Shown here: one piece after another, positions 32,284-41,631 of the stretch
Position numbering within the stretch: position 1 is the first letter of the stretch
How the letters are laid out: every line of letters begins with the position of its first letter
Assembly: GCA_963422565.1 (NCBI GenBank)
Contig: OY730228.1
Location: forward strand, 2,889,492-2,953,491
Length of the DNA stretch: 64,000 nt
Source of the DNA: Alphaproteobacteria bacterium
GTDB taxonomy: Bacteria; Pseudomonadota; Alphaproteobacteria; MPNO01
Direction: 5' to 3'
The notes under the pieces: model-generated
Told to the model about the DNA's origin: nothing
Databases searched by the model: none
What the model saw: the letters and a program-made list of their open reading frames with translations, nothing else
Position numbers and translations under genes: made by a program

Positions 32284-34614
32284 TCAGCTTACGGGCTCGG
32301 CAAGCTTGGCGGGCGAGCCGCGCTCGAGCTTCTTGCGCTTGCCGCCGCGCGGGGGGAGAAATTTGAACTTCAGCCGCCCGCCGTCCAGGCCGATGCGGAC
32401 GATGCCGCCCTTGGCGAGCTTCCCGAACAGGAGCTCGTCGGCCAGCGGCGTCTTGATATGGTCCTGGATCACTCGGGCGAGCGGGCGGGCGCCGTAGGTC
32501 ACGTCATAGCCGGTCTTGACCAGCCAGTCGCGCGCCTCGGGGGTCAGTTCGATGGCGACGTTGCGGTCCTGGAGCTGGGCCTCGAGCTGGATCACGAACT
32601 TGTCGACCACGCGGGCGACGATCTCGGCCGGCAGTGCGGCGAACCGGATCGTCTTGTCGAGCCGGTTGCGGAACTCGGGCGAGAACATGCGCTTGATGGC
32701 TTCTTCGTCCTCGCCGACGCGCACTTCCCGCTCGAAGCCGATCGCGGGCTTCGCCAACTCCGCGGCTCCGGCGTTGGTCGTCATGATCAGAATGGCGTTG
32801 CGGAAATCCACGCTCTTGCCGTTGTGATCGGTGAGTCGCCCGTGATCCATGATCTGGAGCAGGATATTGAACAGATCCGGGTGCGCCTTCTCGATCTCGT
32901 CGAGCAGGAGAACCGCGTGCGGGTGTTGGTCGATGGCGTCCGTCAGAAGCCCGCCCTGGTCGAACCCCACATAGCCCGGCGGCGCGCCGATCAGCCGGGA
33001 GACCGAATGCCGTTCCATATATTCCGACATGTCGAAACGGATCAGCTCGATTCCCATCGTCAGCGCGAGCTGGCGGGCGACCTCGGTCTTGCCGACCCCG
33101 GTCGGCCCGGAGAAGAGATAGCAGCCGATCGGCTTCTCGGGCTCGCGCAGGCCGGCGCGGGCGAGCTTGATCGCCGCGGCCAGCGCCGCGATTGCATCGT
33201 CCTGCCCGAAGACGACCGTCTTCAGGTTTCGCTCGAGCGTCTTGAGCGTCTCCTGATCGTTCCGCGAAACCGATTTGGGCGGGATGCGGGCGATCTTCGC
33301 GACCACCGCCTCGACATCCTTGACGGTGATCAGCTTCTTGCGCCGGCGCTCGGGGAGAAGTTTCTGTGCGGCGCCGACCTCGTCGATGACGTCGATTGCC
33401 TTGTCGGGAAGCTTCCGGTCGTTGATATAGCGCGCGGCGAGCTCGACCGCCGTGCGGATCGCCTCGGCGGTGTAGCGGACCCGGTGATGCTGCTCATAAT
33501 AGGGCTTCAGCCCACGCAGAATCTTGACCGCGTCATCGACGGTCGGCTCGACGATATCGATTTTCTGGAAGCGCCGGACCAGCGCCCGGTCCTTCTCGAA
33601 ATAGGACCGGAACTCCTTGTAGGTCGTCGAGCCAATGCAGCGCAGCGTCCCGGCCTGCAAGGCCGGCTTGAGCAGGTTGGACGCGTCCATCGAGCCGCCG
33701 CTGGTCGCGCCGGCTCCGATCACCGTGTGGATCTCGTCGATGAACAGGATCGCCCCGTCATGGGCCTCGAGCTCGGCGACCACAGCCTTCAACCGCTCCT
33801 CGAAATCGCCCCGGTAGCGGGTTCCGGCGAGCAGGGCGCCCATGTCGAGGGCGAAGATCGTCGCGTCCCGGAGGATGTCGGGCACCTCGTTCTTGACGAT
33901 GCGCCGCGCGAGGCCCTCGGCGAGGGCGGTCTTGCCGACCCCCGAATCGCCGACGAAAAGCGGGTTGTTCTTGGTCCGCCGGCACAGCACCTGGATCGTG
34001 CGCTCGATCTCGGCCTCGCGGCCGATCAGGGGATCCACCTTCCCCGCCTCGGCCTTGCGATTGAGATCGACGCAGTAGGCGGCGAGCGCCTCGTTGGCCG
34101 ATTTTTCGGGCTTTTCGGCGGCGTTCTCGTCGCCGCCCCGGCGTTCGGCCCCCTGCACGGTCTGGCTCTCGGACCGGCCGGGCACCTTGGCGATGCCATG
34201 CGAGATATAGTTCACTGCGTCGAAGCGCGACATGTCCTGCTCGTGCAGATAGAAGACCGCGTGCGACTCGGCTTCGGAGAACATCGCGACCAGGACGTTG
34301 GCGCCGGTGACCTCCTGGCGGCCCGACGACTGGACATGGATCGCCGCCCGCTGGACCACACGCTGGAAGCTCGCCGTCGGCTTCGGGTCCTCGCCGCCGT
34401 CGACCGCGAGGTTCGAGAGCTCGTTGTCCAGATAGCCCTGCAGGTCGTTACCCAACCGCGCAACATCGACGCCGCAGGCGCGCAGAACCGCCACCGCATC
34501 CTGATCCTCGGTCAGCGCCATCAGCAGATGTTCGAGAGTGGCGTATTCGTGATTGCGGTCGTTGGCGAGCGCCAGCGCGCGGTGGAGGCTCTTCTCGAGA
34601 TTGCGCGACAGCAT
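32284..34614 (-). CDS. clpA: ATP-dependent Clp protease ATP-binding subunit ClpA
   Basis: The 776-aa ORF has two AAA+ modules, GDSGVGKTA and GPTGVGKTE, plus the ClpA N-domain [31 protein letters not shown]. Confidence 0.96.
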   Translation of the reverse strand: MLSRNLEKSLHRALALANDRNHEYATLEHLLMALTEDQDAVAVLRACGVDVARLGNDLQGYLDNELSNLAVDGGEDPKPTASFQRVVQRAAIHVQSSGRQEVTGANVLVAMFSEAESHAVFYLHEQDMSRFDAVNYISHGIAKVPGRSESQTVQGAERRGGDENAAEKPEKSANEALAAYCVDLNRKAEAGKVDPLIGREAEIERTIQVLCRRTKNNPLFVGDSGVGKTALAEGLARRIVKNEVPDILRDATIFALDMGALLAGTRYRGDFEERLKAVVAELEAHDGAILFIDEIHTVIGAGATSGGSMDASNLLKPALQAGTLRCIGSTTYKEFRSYFEKDRALVRRFQKIDIVEPTVDDAVKILRGLKPYYEQHHRVRYTAEAIRTAVELAARYINDRKLPDKAIDVIDEVGAAQKLLPERRRKKLITVKDVEAVVAKIARIPPKSVSRNDQETLKTLERNLKTVVFGQDDAIAALAAAIKLARAGLREPEKPIGCYLFSGPTGVGKTEVARQLALTMGIELIRFDMSEYMERHSVSRLIGAPPGYVGFDQGGLLTDAIDQHPHAVLLLDEIEKAHPDLFNILLQIMDHGRLTDHNGKSVDFRNAILIMTTNAGAAELAKPAIGFEREVRVGEDEEAIKRMFSPEFRNRLDKTIRFAALPAEIVARVVDKFVIQLEAQLQDRNVAIELTPEARDWLVKTGYDVTYGARPLARVIQDHIKTPLADELLFGKLAKGGIVRIGLDGGRLKFKFLPPRGGKRKKLERGSPAKLAEPVS

Positions 34615-34620
34615 CGTCGG

Positions 34621-34989
34621 TCACGCCTTCTCGAGCGTGCATTGCAGCGGATGCTGGTGCTGCCGCGCCATGTCCATCACCCGCGCGACCTTGGTCTCCG
34701 CGATCTCGTAGGTGAAGACCCCGCACACCCCCACCCCCTTCTGGTGGACATGCAGCATGATATGGGTGGCCTCTTCATGGGACTTGTTGAAGAAACGCTC
34801 GAGGACCATCACGACGAACTCCATCGGGGTGTAATCGTCGTTGAGCATGAGCACCTTGTACATCGAAGGCTTCTTGACCCCGGCCTTGGGCTTGACGACG
34901 ACGCCGGTGGCGGGCCCCCGGCCCCCCTCGTCGTCGCGCCCGCCGCCCGAGCGGCGGCGAACGAGCGTCGAGTCCTGTCCGTTGATCAT
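34621..34989 (-). CDS. clpS: ATP-dependent Clp protease adaptor ClpS
   Basis: The sequence has [63 protein letters not shown], the ClpS core. Confidence 0.93.
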   Translation of the reverse strand: MINGQDSTLVRRRSGGGRDDEGGRGPATGVVVKPKAGVKKPSMYKVLMLNDDYTPMEFVVMVLERFFNKSHEEATHIMLHVHQKGVGVCGVFTYEIAETKVARVMDMARQHQHPLQCTLEKA

Positions 34990-35160
34990 GCTGGCGACCT
35001 CCGGCGCAGATGATATTTAAACCGAGGCCGGGGCGCAAAGCGGTTTCCCGGTCCCCCTCTGCCCGCAGGCACGAAAGCGCCGTGGACATCGACGCCCTCA
35101 GCAGCTACCAAACTCGGAGGCTGCCGGGTTCCCGACGCCCGGACCGCGAGGGAGCGGGCG

Positions 35161-36213
35161 ATGCTCGTCCAACAGACCGGTGTCACCTGCCACGACCGCC
35201 GGCGAGCCACCCCGGGCTACACCCTGTTCTCTCGGACGCAGACTCGGGACGTCTATCTGATCGACATGGAGGGCGATGTCGTCCATCGCTGGGAGACCGG
35301 CGGCGGCTCGACCCATTTTATCTGTCTTCTCCCCAACGGCAATCTATGGGTCTGCGAACGCGCGGACGATGCACCCTCGATCATGGCCGGCCCCGGCGGG
35401 CGCATCCGGGAATATGGCTGGGACGGCAGAATCGTCTGGGAGCATCTCGACCGGATGCAGCATCACGACGCCCGGAGGCTGGCGAACGGCGGTGCGGTCT
35501 ATATCGCCTGGGAGCGGCTCGACGCGGACCAGGCGAGACAGGTCCGCGGCGGCGTACCCGGCACCGAACCCGCCGACGGAATGCTCGGCGAGGTGGTCCG
35601 CGAGGTCGACGCCCGTGGCGACCCGGTCTGGGAGTGGCGGCTCGCCGAGTGCGGGCTGGATCGCTATCCGATCCACCGCAACGCGCCGCGGGCGATCTAC
35701 GGCCACGCCAACGCGATCGACGCACTGCCCGACGGGAACTATCTGGTCAGCTTCAAGACGCTCAACCTGCTCGCCATCATCGACCGGCGGACCGGCAGGG
35801 TGACATGGGAGTTCCAGGACGACGCGCTCGGCGGGCAGCATGATTCCCAGATGATCGACAACGGCAACATCCTGGTCTTCGCCAACGGCGCCTACGCCTC
35901 CGACATCCAGTTCTCGACCGTCTGGGAGATCGCGCCGGCGACCAGGGAGGTCGTCTGGCAGTACAAGGCGAAGCGAAACGCCTGCTCCTTCTACAGCCCG
36001 CATATCAGCGGCTGCCAGCGTCTTCCGAGCGGGAACACCTTGATCTGCGAGGGAGCCAAGGGCGCCGTCTTCGAAGTGACGCCCGATCGCGACGTGGTGT
36101 GGGAATATGTCTGCCCGTTCTGGGGCGCCCACCCGCATCTGGGCGAGATCAACTTCCTGTTCCGCGCCAGGCGCTATGCCGCTGACTCGCCCGAAATCCG
36201 CAACCGGGTCTGA
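35161..36213 (+). CDS. arylsulfotransferase (ASST)-family beta-propeller protein
   Basis: The 350-aa ORF has repeated YLIDMEGDVVHRWE / GRIVWEH / GDPVWEW / GRVTWEF / REVVWQY / RDVVWEY blades, typical of the ASST propeller family. Confidence 0.7.
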   Translation: MLVQQTGVTCHDRRRATPGYTLFSRTQTRDVYLIDMEGDVVHRWETGGGSTHFICLLPNGNLWVCERADDAPSIMAGPGGRIREYGWDGRIVWEHLDRMQHHDARRLANGGAVYIAWERLDADQARQVRGGVPGTEPADGMLGEVVREVDARGDPVWEWRLAECGLDRYPIHRNAPRAIYGHANAIDALPDGNYLVSFKTLNLLAIIDRRTGRVTWEFQDDALGGQHDSQMIDNGNILVFANGAYASDIQFSTVWEIAPATREVVWQYKAKRNACSFYSPHISGCQRLPSGNTLICEGAKGAVFEVTPDRDVVWEYVCPFWGAHPHLGEINFLFRARRYAADSPEIRNRV

Positions 36214-36249
36214 CACCCCGCCCCGCCATCTCGACCGGGACGACCGAAC

Positions 36250-36906
36250 ATGCCCTATGGCCTCGACCTCTATCACGACCAGTTTACGAGGAACGGCGCC
36301 GTCGCGCGGCCCCTGCCGCCTGCCAACCGGATACTCTATGTCCGCCATGGCGAGGTGCGGATCGACGGCACGGCGCACGGACCCGATTCGGCGCTTTTCG
36401 CAAGCGGGAATGTGGAGATGTCCGGGATCGCCGATTGGTCCCAGGTCTGGCGCTGGGAGATCGCGCCACCCAACCACGACCCGGTGCTGCTCGACGGGGA
36501 CGGCCTGTTGTCGATGCGCCGCATGTCGCGGGTGATCACCAGCCTTGATATGCCGCCCGGCAGCAGTTGGCTGTTCCGCCTCGACCGGATCACCTCGCCG
36601 CCGGGGCGCGTCGCGGACCGGCATCGGCATTCCGGCCCCGGCATCCGTTGCCTGCTGGAAGGAACGTTCAACGTTCAGCAGAATGCGGAATCGATACGGG
36701 CATGTGCGCCGGGCGACCCGTGGTGGGAGACCGGCGAGGACATCGTCGTCGCCTGGGGATCGCGGACGATGCATGCGCGGTTCCTGCGCGGCATGGTGCT
36801 GCCGGCCGAATGGGTGGGCCGGGTGACCGGCGAGTGGCTGTCCGGCGACAGGACGGCCCGGCGTGGCGACTGGCGTCTCCTCGTCGACCGGATCGTCACC
36901 GTCTGA
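36250..36906 (+). CDS. cupin-domain protein
   Basis: The 218-aa ORF carries HRHSGPGIRCLLEGTFNV, a cupin motif-1-like sequence. Confidence 0.6.
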   Translation: MPYGLDLYHDQFTRNGAVARPLPPANRILYVRHGEVRIDGTAHGPDSALFASGNVEMSGIADWSQVWRWEIAPPNHDPVLLDGDGLLSMRRMSRVITSLDMPPGSSWLFRLDRITSPPGRVADRHRHSGPGIRCLLEGTFNVQQNAESIRACAPGDPWWETGEDIVVAWGSRTMHARFLRGMVLPAEWVGRVTGEWLSGDRTARRGDWRLLVDRIVTV

Positions 36907-36946
36907 TCTCGGGCGGACGGGGTCGGACAGGAAAGGACGTGGCAGG

Positions 36947-38596
36947 ATGACGGAAACGGCGAACAGGCTCCCCACGCTTACCACCGGCGAGGCGATCGCC
37001 AGATCGCTCGTCCTACACGGGGTCGACACGGTGTTCGGGATCCCGGGCGCGCACATGTACCATTTCAACGACGCGCTGGCGCGGGAGCGCGACCGGATCG
37101 CCTTCATCACCACGCGCCACGAGCAGGGCGCGGCGCATATGGCGTTCGGCTACGCCAAGTCGACCGGTCGCGCGGGCGTCTACACGGTGGTGCCCGGGCC
37201 GGGCGTGCTCAACTCGGCGGCGGCGCTCAGCATCGCCTACGGCGCCAACACCCCGGTTCTGTGCGTGACCGGGAACATCATGGCGGATCTGATCGGGCGC
37301 GGCCGCGGCCAGCTCCACGAACTGCCGGATCAGCTCGCCACGCTGCGCGGCTTCACGGGTTGGGCGCAGCGCATCGACCATCCGACGGCGGCGCCCCGCC
37401 TTGTCGCCGAGGCCTTCCGCAGTATGTTCGCTGGCCGCATCAGGCCGGCGGCGATCGAGGCGCCCTGGGACGTCTTCGGTCTCGCCGCCCAGGTCGATCT
37501 CGCGGTCGACCGCAGCACCCCCCCGCCGCCGCCGCCCGATACCGACGCGGTCGCCGCCGCCGCGCGGCTGATCCGCGAGGCGAAGAACCCGTTGATCGTC
37601 GTCGGCGCCGGCGCTCAGCATGCCGCGGAGGAAGTCACCGCGCTGGCCAGGCTCGTTCAGGCCCCGGCGACCAGCTTCCGCAGCGGCAAGGGCGTCGTCT
37701 CCAACGACGACCCCTACGGCCTTCTATCCGCGGCCGCCTACGAGTACTGGCCCAAATGCGATCTCCTGATCGGCATCGGCAGCCGACTCGAGCTGATCCA
37801 TTTCCGCTGGCGCTGGTCGCCCGAGGGCATGAAGACCGTCCGTATCGATATCGACCCCACCGAGTTCGTCCGCATCAGGCCGGATGTCGGCATCGTGACC
37901 GATGCGAAGCTCGGAACCTCGGCCCTGATCGATGCGCTCGAGAAGAGCCTCGACAAGCGCCGATCCAGGGCCGAGGAGTTTCTCGGCTACAGCGCGATCG
38001 CGACGGAGAAGATTTCGGTCGTGCAGCCCCAGATGGCCTTTCTCGATGCGCTTCGGTCCGCCCTGCCCCCGGACGGCTTTTTCGTCGAGGAGATCACCCA
38101 GATCGGCTTCGCCGCCCGTTTTGGCTTCCCCGTCTACGGCCCCCGGCAATACGTGACCTGCGGCTATCAGGACAGTCTGGGCTTCGGGTTCCAAACCGGC
38201 CTCGGGGTCAAGATCGCCAACCCCGGCCGCTGCGTGGTCTCGATCTCCGGCGACGGCGGCTTCATGTTCGGGGTCCAGGAACTGGCGACTGCCGTCCAGC
38301 ACGGCATCAATCTGGTGGCGGTCGTGTTCAACAATGCGAGCTTCGGCAATGTCCGGCGCGATCAGATGACTGTTTTCGACGGGCGGCTGCTTGGCGCCGA
38401 ACTCGTCAACCCGGACTTTGCCGCCATGGCCGAGAGCTTCGGTGCCAAGGGCGTGCGGGCATCGACGCCGGAGGCATTGCGTGCGGCGATCGAGGACGGG
38501 TTCAAGGAGGACGGACCGGTCCTGATCGAGGTGCCGATCGAGCGGGGAAGCGAGGCCTCTCCCTGGCCGTTCACGCACCCCCTGACCGGGCGGTGA
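36947..38596 (+). CDS. thiamine-pyrophosphate-dependent enzyme (acetolactate synthase-like family)
   Basis: ATG at 36947 follows a GGAAAGGA Shine-Dalgarno-like stretch and gives MTETANRLPTLTTGEAIARSLVLHGVDTVFGIPGAHMYHFNDALAR... The TPP-binding GDGGF...NN motif follows: ISGDGGFMFGVQELATAVQHGINLVAVVFNNASFG. Confidence 0.88.
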   Translation: MTETANRLPTLTTGEAIARSLVLHGVDTVFGIPGAHMYHFNDALARERDRIAFITTRHEQGAAHMAFGYAKSTGRAGVYTVVPGPGVLNSAAALSIAYGANTPVLCVTGNIMADLIGRGRGQLHELPDQLATLRGFTGWAQRIDHPTAAPRLVAEAFRSMFAGRIRPAAIEAPWDVFGLAAQVDLAVDRSTPPPPPPDTDAVAAAARLIREAKNPLIVVGAGAQHAAEEVTALARLVQAPATSFRSGKGVVSNDDPYGLLSAAAYEYWPKCDLLIGIGSRLELIHFRWRWSPEGMKTVRIDIDPTEFVRIRPDVGIVTDAKLGTSALIDALEKSLDKRRSRAEEFLGYSAIATEKISVVQPQMAFLDALRSALPPDGFFVEEITQIGFAARFGFPVYGPRQYVTCGYQDSLGFGFQTGLGVKIANPGRCVVSISGDGGFMFGVQELATAVQHGINLVAVVFNNASFGNVRRDQMTVFDGRLLGAELVNPDFAAMAESFGAKGVRASTPEALRAAIEDGFKEDGPVLIEVPIERGSEASPWPFTHPLTGR

Positions 38597-38796
38597 CCGG
38601 GAGGGGGGAGAGATGACCGGCGCGGGGCGCGCCGACTACCGCGCCTTCGTAGCCGGACCGGACCCGGATCGCCATGGGCGCATCGTCCGGGCGCGAACCC
38701 GCCCTCGCCGCCCGCGCGGGGGGTGGCGCGGGACACGCTGACCGCGTCGGCGGCTGCGGCCGGGCCGTTCGATCTGGCCCGGTGTCAACGCTCGAG

Positions 38797-38841
38797 GGCG
38801 TCGTGTCTGCGCGCCGCGAAGCGTCCCGCAGACACGACGCC
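38797..38841. repeat. perfect 15-bp inverted repeat (hairpin) with a 15-nt loop
   Basis: GGCGTCGTGTCTGCG at 38797-38811 pairs exactly with CGCAGACACGACGCC at 38827-38841. No U-tract follows. Confidence 0.6.
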
Positions 38842-39087
38842 AGGGCAGCCCCTCGTGTAAGCTGGCGTGCAGGCTTCGTACCCGCATGGGGGTCCTCCTT
38901 CGGCTGCTTGTTCACACCGACAGCCTCGGAGACCCCCAACCCCGATTCAAGGCCCGCGTCTCACATCCGTTCTTCGTGGGCCGAAGTCGATCGCAAGACA
39001 GAAGAGATCGATCCAGGTTCTTGATTCCTTCCCGCTGCGGAGATTATCGAAGAGCTATCGGCAACAGTCGAACCAGGAGGAAAAGAG

Positions 39088-39168
39088 ATGGAAATGTCCC
39101 GTTTGGCCACACTCTCGGCCTTGGCTTTCTGCCAGTCCTTGCCGTATCCGGTTTGGGCAGGCGAGTAA
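39088..39168 (+). CDS. 26-aa hydrophobic peptide ORF with a strong Shine-Dalgarno site (hypothetical)
   Basis: AGGAGG sits 8 nt upstream of the ATG. The peptide is MEMSRLATLSALAFCQSLPYPVWAGE. It lies at the start of a low-GC block. Confidence 0.3.
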   Translation: MEMSRLATLSALAFCQSLPYPVWAGE

Positions 39169-39221
39169 GTTTTATTTTGCAGCGTTAAGCATCCTAACGT
39201 GCCGAAGTTAAGAGACAGAAG

Positions 39222-39425
39222 GTGCTAGTGATTACGTCGGATGGGGAGAAAGTTATTGAAAATGAAGGAGAAGATTTAATTGGCTCTATGATAGATAGCA
39301 TTAGCCATTTATTTGTCTCGACGATCAACGAGATGACCGATGATGGCTTTGAACCTGTGGGTGGCGTTTCTATTGCACTTGGCTATTGTGGCCCGACAGT
39401 ATGTCAGGTCTTGTATGACGACTAG
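39222..39425 (+). CDS. 67-aa acidic, Cys-containing small protein (hypothetical)
   Basis: A GTG start follows GAAGG. The protein is (M)LVITSDGEKVIENEGEDLIGSMIDSISHLFVSTINEMTDDGFEPVGGVSIALGYCGPTVCQVLYDD. Its local GC is about 35-50% against a host background above 65%. Confidence 0.35.
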   Translation: MLVITSDGEKVIENEGEDLIGSMIDSISHLFVSTINEMTDDGFEPVGGVSIALGYCGPTVCQVLYDD

Positions 39426-39457
39426 TCATCTGGAGCTGAAGTAAGTGTCATTATAGG

Positions 39458-39754
39458 ATGTCCATCGGGATTGGATTTGGGAGGTTTCCCCCGATGGCTC
39501 GTGGCGTTGGCCGTCCGCTGGCGGCCTACGAGGCCAAGGTAGCGGCGCGCGCCGGGCGCAAGGGCCGGGCCAAGGGCAAGCGGCCGAAGCCGCCTGGGGG
39601 GACGCCGCGCGGGGACGAGCAGAGCAACCTGAGCGACCCTGACAGCCGGCTGATGCGCAAGAGCAGGAGGCACGAGTTCCGCCCGAGCGGGGCCGGGACA
39701 GCGGTGAAGGAAACCGAGCCCAAAGTCCGACAGACTGATAGGGCATGTTCTTGA
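39458..39754 (+). mobile_element. IS1182/IS5-superfamily transposase N-terminal fragment (relic)
   Basis: The fragment reads ...RPLAAYEAKVAARAGRKGRAKGKRPKPPGGTPRGDEQSNLSDPDSRLMRKSRRHEF..., the conserved (T/S)DPDSR(L/I)M(K/R) region of IS1182-family transposases. It is only about 98 aa and decays before the DDE domain. Confidence 0.65.
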
Positions 39755-39777
39755 TTTATTCCGAAAGATCCGGCAGT

Positions 39778-40866
39778 ATGCCCCCCATGGAGGCTCCTCT
39801 GCCGGAATGTCCTCGCAAGGGGCGGGGCGCGGTCAGCAACCGCGCCGGACGCTTCGAGCCGCACCAGCGCCATGCGGTCGACGACGGATGGCTGCCGACG
39901 GACGAAGATCCACCGCCGCTCCGCACCACCGTCACGGCCGACCGCGCGCGCAGCATCCTCACGCGCAACTCCTCGCCAGACCTGCCGTTCGACCGGTCGA
40001 TCAACCCCTATCGCGGCTGCGAGCATGGCTGCGTCTATTGCTTCGCCCGGCCGACCCATGCCTTTCTCGGCCTGTCTCCGGGGCTCGATTTCGAGTCCAG
40101 ACTTTTCTACAAGCCGGATGCGCCCCGGCTTCTCGAGGAGGCGCTGCGCAAGCCCGACTACCGCTGCGCGCCGATCGCGATGGGCACCAACACGGATCCC
40201 TACCAGCCGATCGAGAGAGAGCTCGGTCTGACCCGGGCGGTCCTGGAGGTGCTGGACCGCTGCAACCACCCGGTCGGCATTGTCACCAAATCGACGCTGG
40301 TCCTGCGCGATGCCGATATTTTGGGGCGAATGGCCGCGCGTGGGCTCGCGCGGGTGTGCGTGTCGGTGACGACCCTCGATCGGCGGCTCGCGCGCAGGCT
40401 GGAGCCGCGCGCCCCGACCCCGCCGCGGCGGCTCGCTGCGCTGCGCGGCCTGAGCGACGCCGGCATCCCGACCGGCGTGATGGTCGCGCCGATCGTTCCG
40501 GGGCTGACGGACATGGAGATCGAGGAGATCCTGGAGGCGGCGCGCGCGGCCGGGGCCGGGACCGCCGGACATGTCCTGCTCCGGCTGCCGCTCGAGATCG
40601 CCGACCTCTTCGTCGAATGGCTCGAGGCCCATTATCCGGCGCGGGCGGCGCGTGTGCTGAGCCTGATCCGGCAGACACGCGACGGCGGCCTCTATCAGAC
40701 GGGCTTCGGCCTGCGTATGCGCGGATCTGGCCCCTATGCCGAGATGCTGAAGACCCGCTTCGCCCGCGCCTGCCGGCGCCTCGGCTATGCGCCGCGAGGC
40801 CCGGCGCTCGACGGCTCTTCCTTCGTGCCGCCCGTTCGCCAGGGGGACCAGCTCCCGCTTTTGTGA
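39778..40866 (+). CDS. radical SAM protein, PA0069 family (SplB-like)
   Basis: The sequence has KGRGAVSNRAGRFEPH...NPYRGCEHGCVYCFARPTHAFLG with the CxxxCxxC cluster. The exact start is uncertain; an ATG at 39745 is also in frame. Confidence 0.85.
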   Translation: MPPMEAPLPECPRKGRGAVSNRAGRFEPHQRHAVDDGWLPTDEDPPPLRTTVTADRARSILTRNSSPDLPFDRSINPYRGCEHGCVYCFARPTHAFLGLSPGLDFESRLFYKPDAPRLLEEALRKPDYRCAPIAMGTNTDPYQPIERELGLTRAVLEVLDRCNHPVGIVTKSTLVLRDADILGRMAARGLARVCVSVTTLDRRLARRLEPRAPTPPRRLAALRGLSDAGIPTGVMVAPIVPGLTDMEIEEILEAARAAGAGTAGHVLLRLPLEIADLFVEWLEAHYPARAARVLSLIRQTRDGGLYQTGFGLRMRGSGPYAEMLKTRFARACRRLGYAPRGPALDGSSFVPPVRQGDQLPLL

Positions 40867-40878
40867 TCGCCGCGCGTC

Positions 40879-41565
40879 ATGGCGCGCTATGTTGGCTCCC
40901 GGATGGAGCAGCGCGCCCGACAACGACCCGACGACGCGATCGAACGCGGCCTTCGCGGCCTCGTCGCCGGAGTCGACGAAGCGGGTCGCGGACCGTTGGC
41001 GGGACCGGTGGTCGCCGCCGCCGCCGTCTTGCCGCTGGACGGGCTGCCCCCCGCCCTCGCCGCGGAGATCAGGGACTCCAAACAGCTCGCTCCCGCGCGG
41101 CGCCGGGCGCTGTACCCGGCCATTCGCCGGCATGCGGCGATCGGCGTCGGCGCGGCCAGCGTCGCCGAGATCGAGACCGTCAACATCCTCGCCGCGACCA
41201 TGCGGGCGATGGCTCGCGCCGTCGCGGCGCTGCCGCTGCGGCCCTCGGTCGCCCTGGTCGACGGCAACCGCGCCCCCGACCTGCCCTGCCGGGTCGAGAC
41301 CCTCGTCGGCGGCGACGCCAGGTCGCTGTCGATCGCCGCGGCGTCGATCGTCGCCAAGGTCACCCGCGATCGGATCATGGCCCGCCTCGCGGTCCGCTAT
41401 CCCGGCTTCGGCTGGGAGCGCAATTCCGGCTACGGGACCGCAGCCCACAGATCCGCGCTGCGGAGCCTCGGGATCACCCGCCACCATCGCCGGACCTTTG
41501 CCCCCGTCCGGGCGTGTCTGACCGCGGTCGATAGCCGATCTTCCCCGCCGCCCCGTAAGCGCTGA
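40879..41565 (+). CDS. rnhB: ribonuclease HII
   Basis: The sequence has [21 protein letters not shown]...IRDSKQL...VDGNRAPDL...[15 protein letters not shown], the RNase HII motifs. Confidence 0.93.
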   Translation: MARYVGSRMEQRARQRPDDAIERGLRGLVAGVDEAGRGPLAGPVVAAAAVLPLDGLPPALAAEIRDSKQLAPARRRALYPAIRRHAAIGVGAASVAEIETVNILAATMRAMARAVAALPLRPSVALVDGNRAPDLPCRVETLVGGDARSLSIAAASIVAKVTRDRIMARLAVRYPGFGWERNSGYGTAAHRSALRSLGITRHHRRTFAPVRACLTAVDSRSSPPPRKR

Positions 41566-41631
41566 TTTGTTCGCCGTGTTCGGATGATGCGTTCGGCGAT
41601 CCGCCGCCCCATCGCAGATATCCCGAACAAG

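Noticed and set aside
38674-39024. 116-aa plus-strand ORF downstream of the TPP-enzyme gene
   Set aside because: Its composition is low-complexity. It spans the perfect hairpin and the GC-rich spacer. It has no Shine-Dalgarno and no conservation cues.
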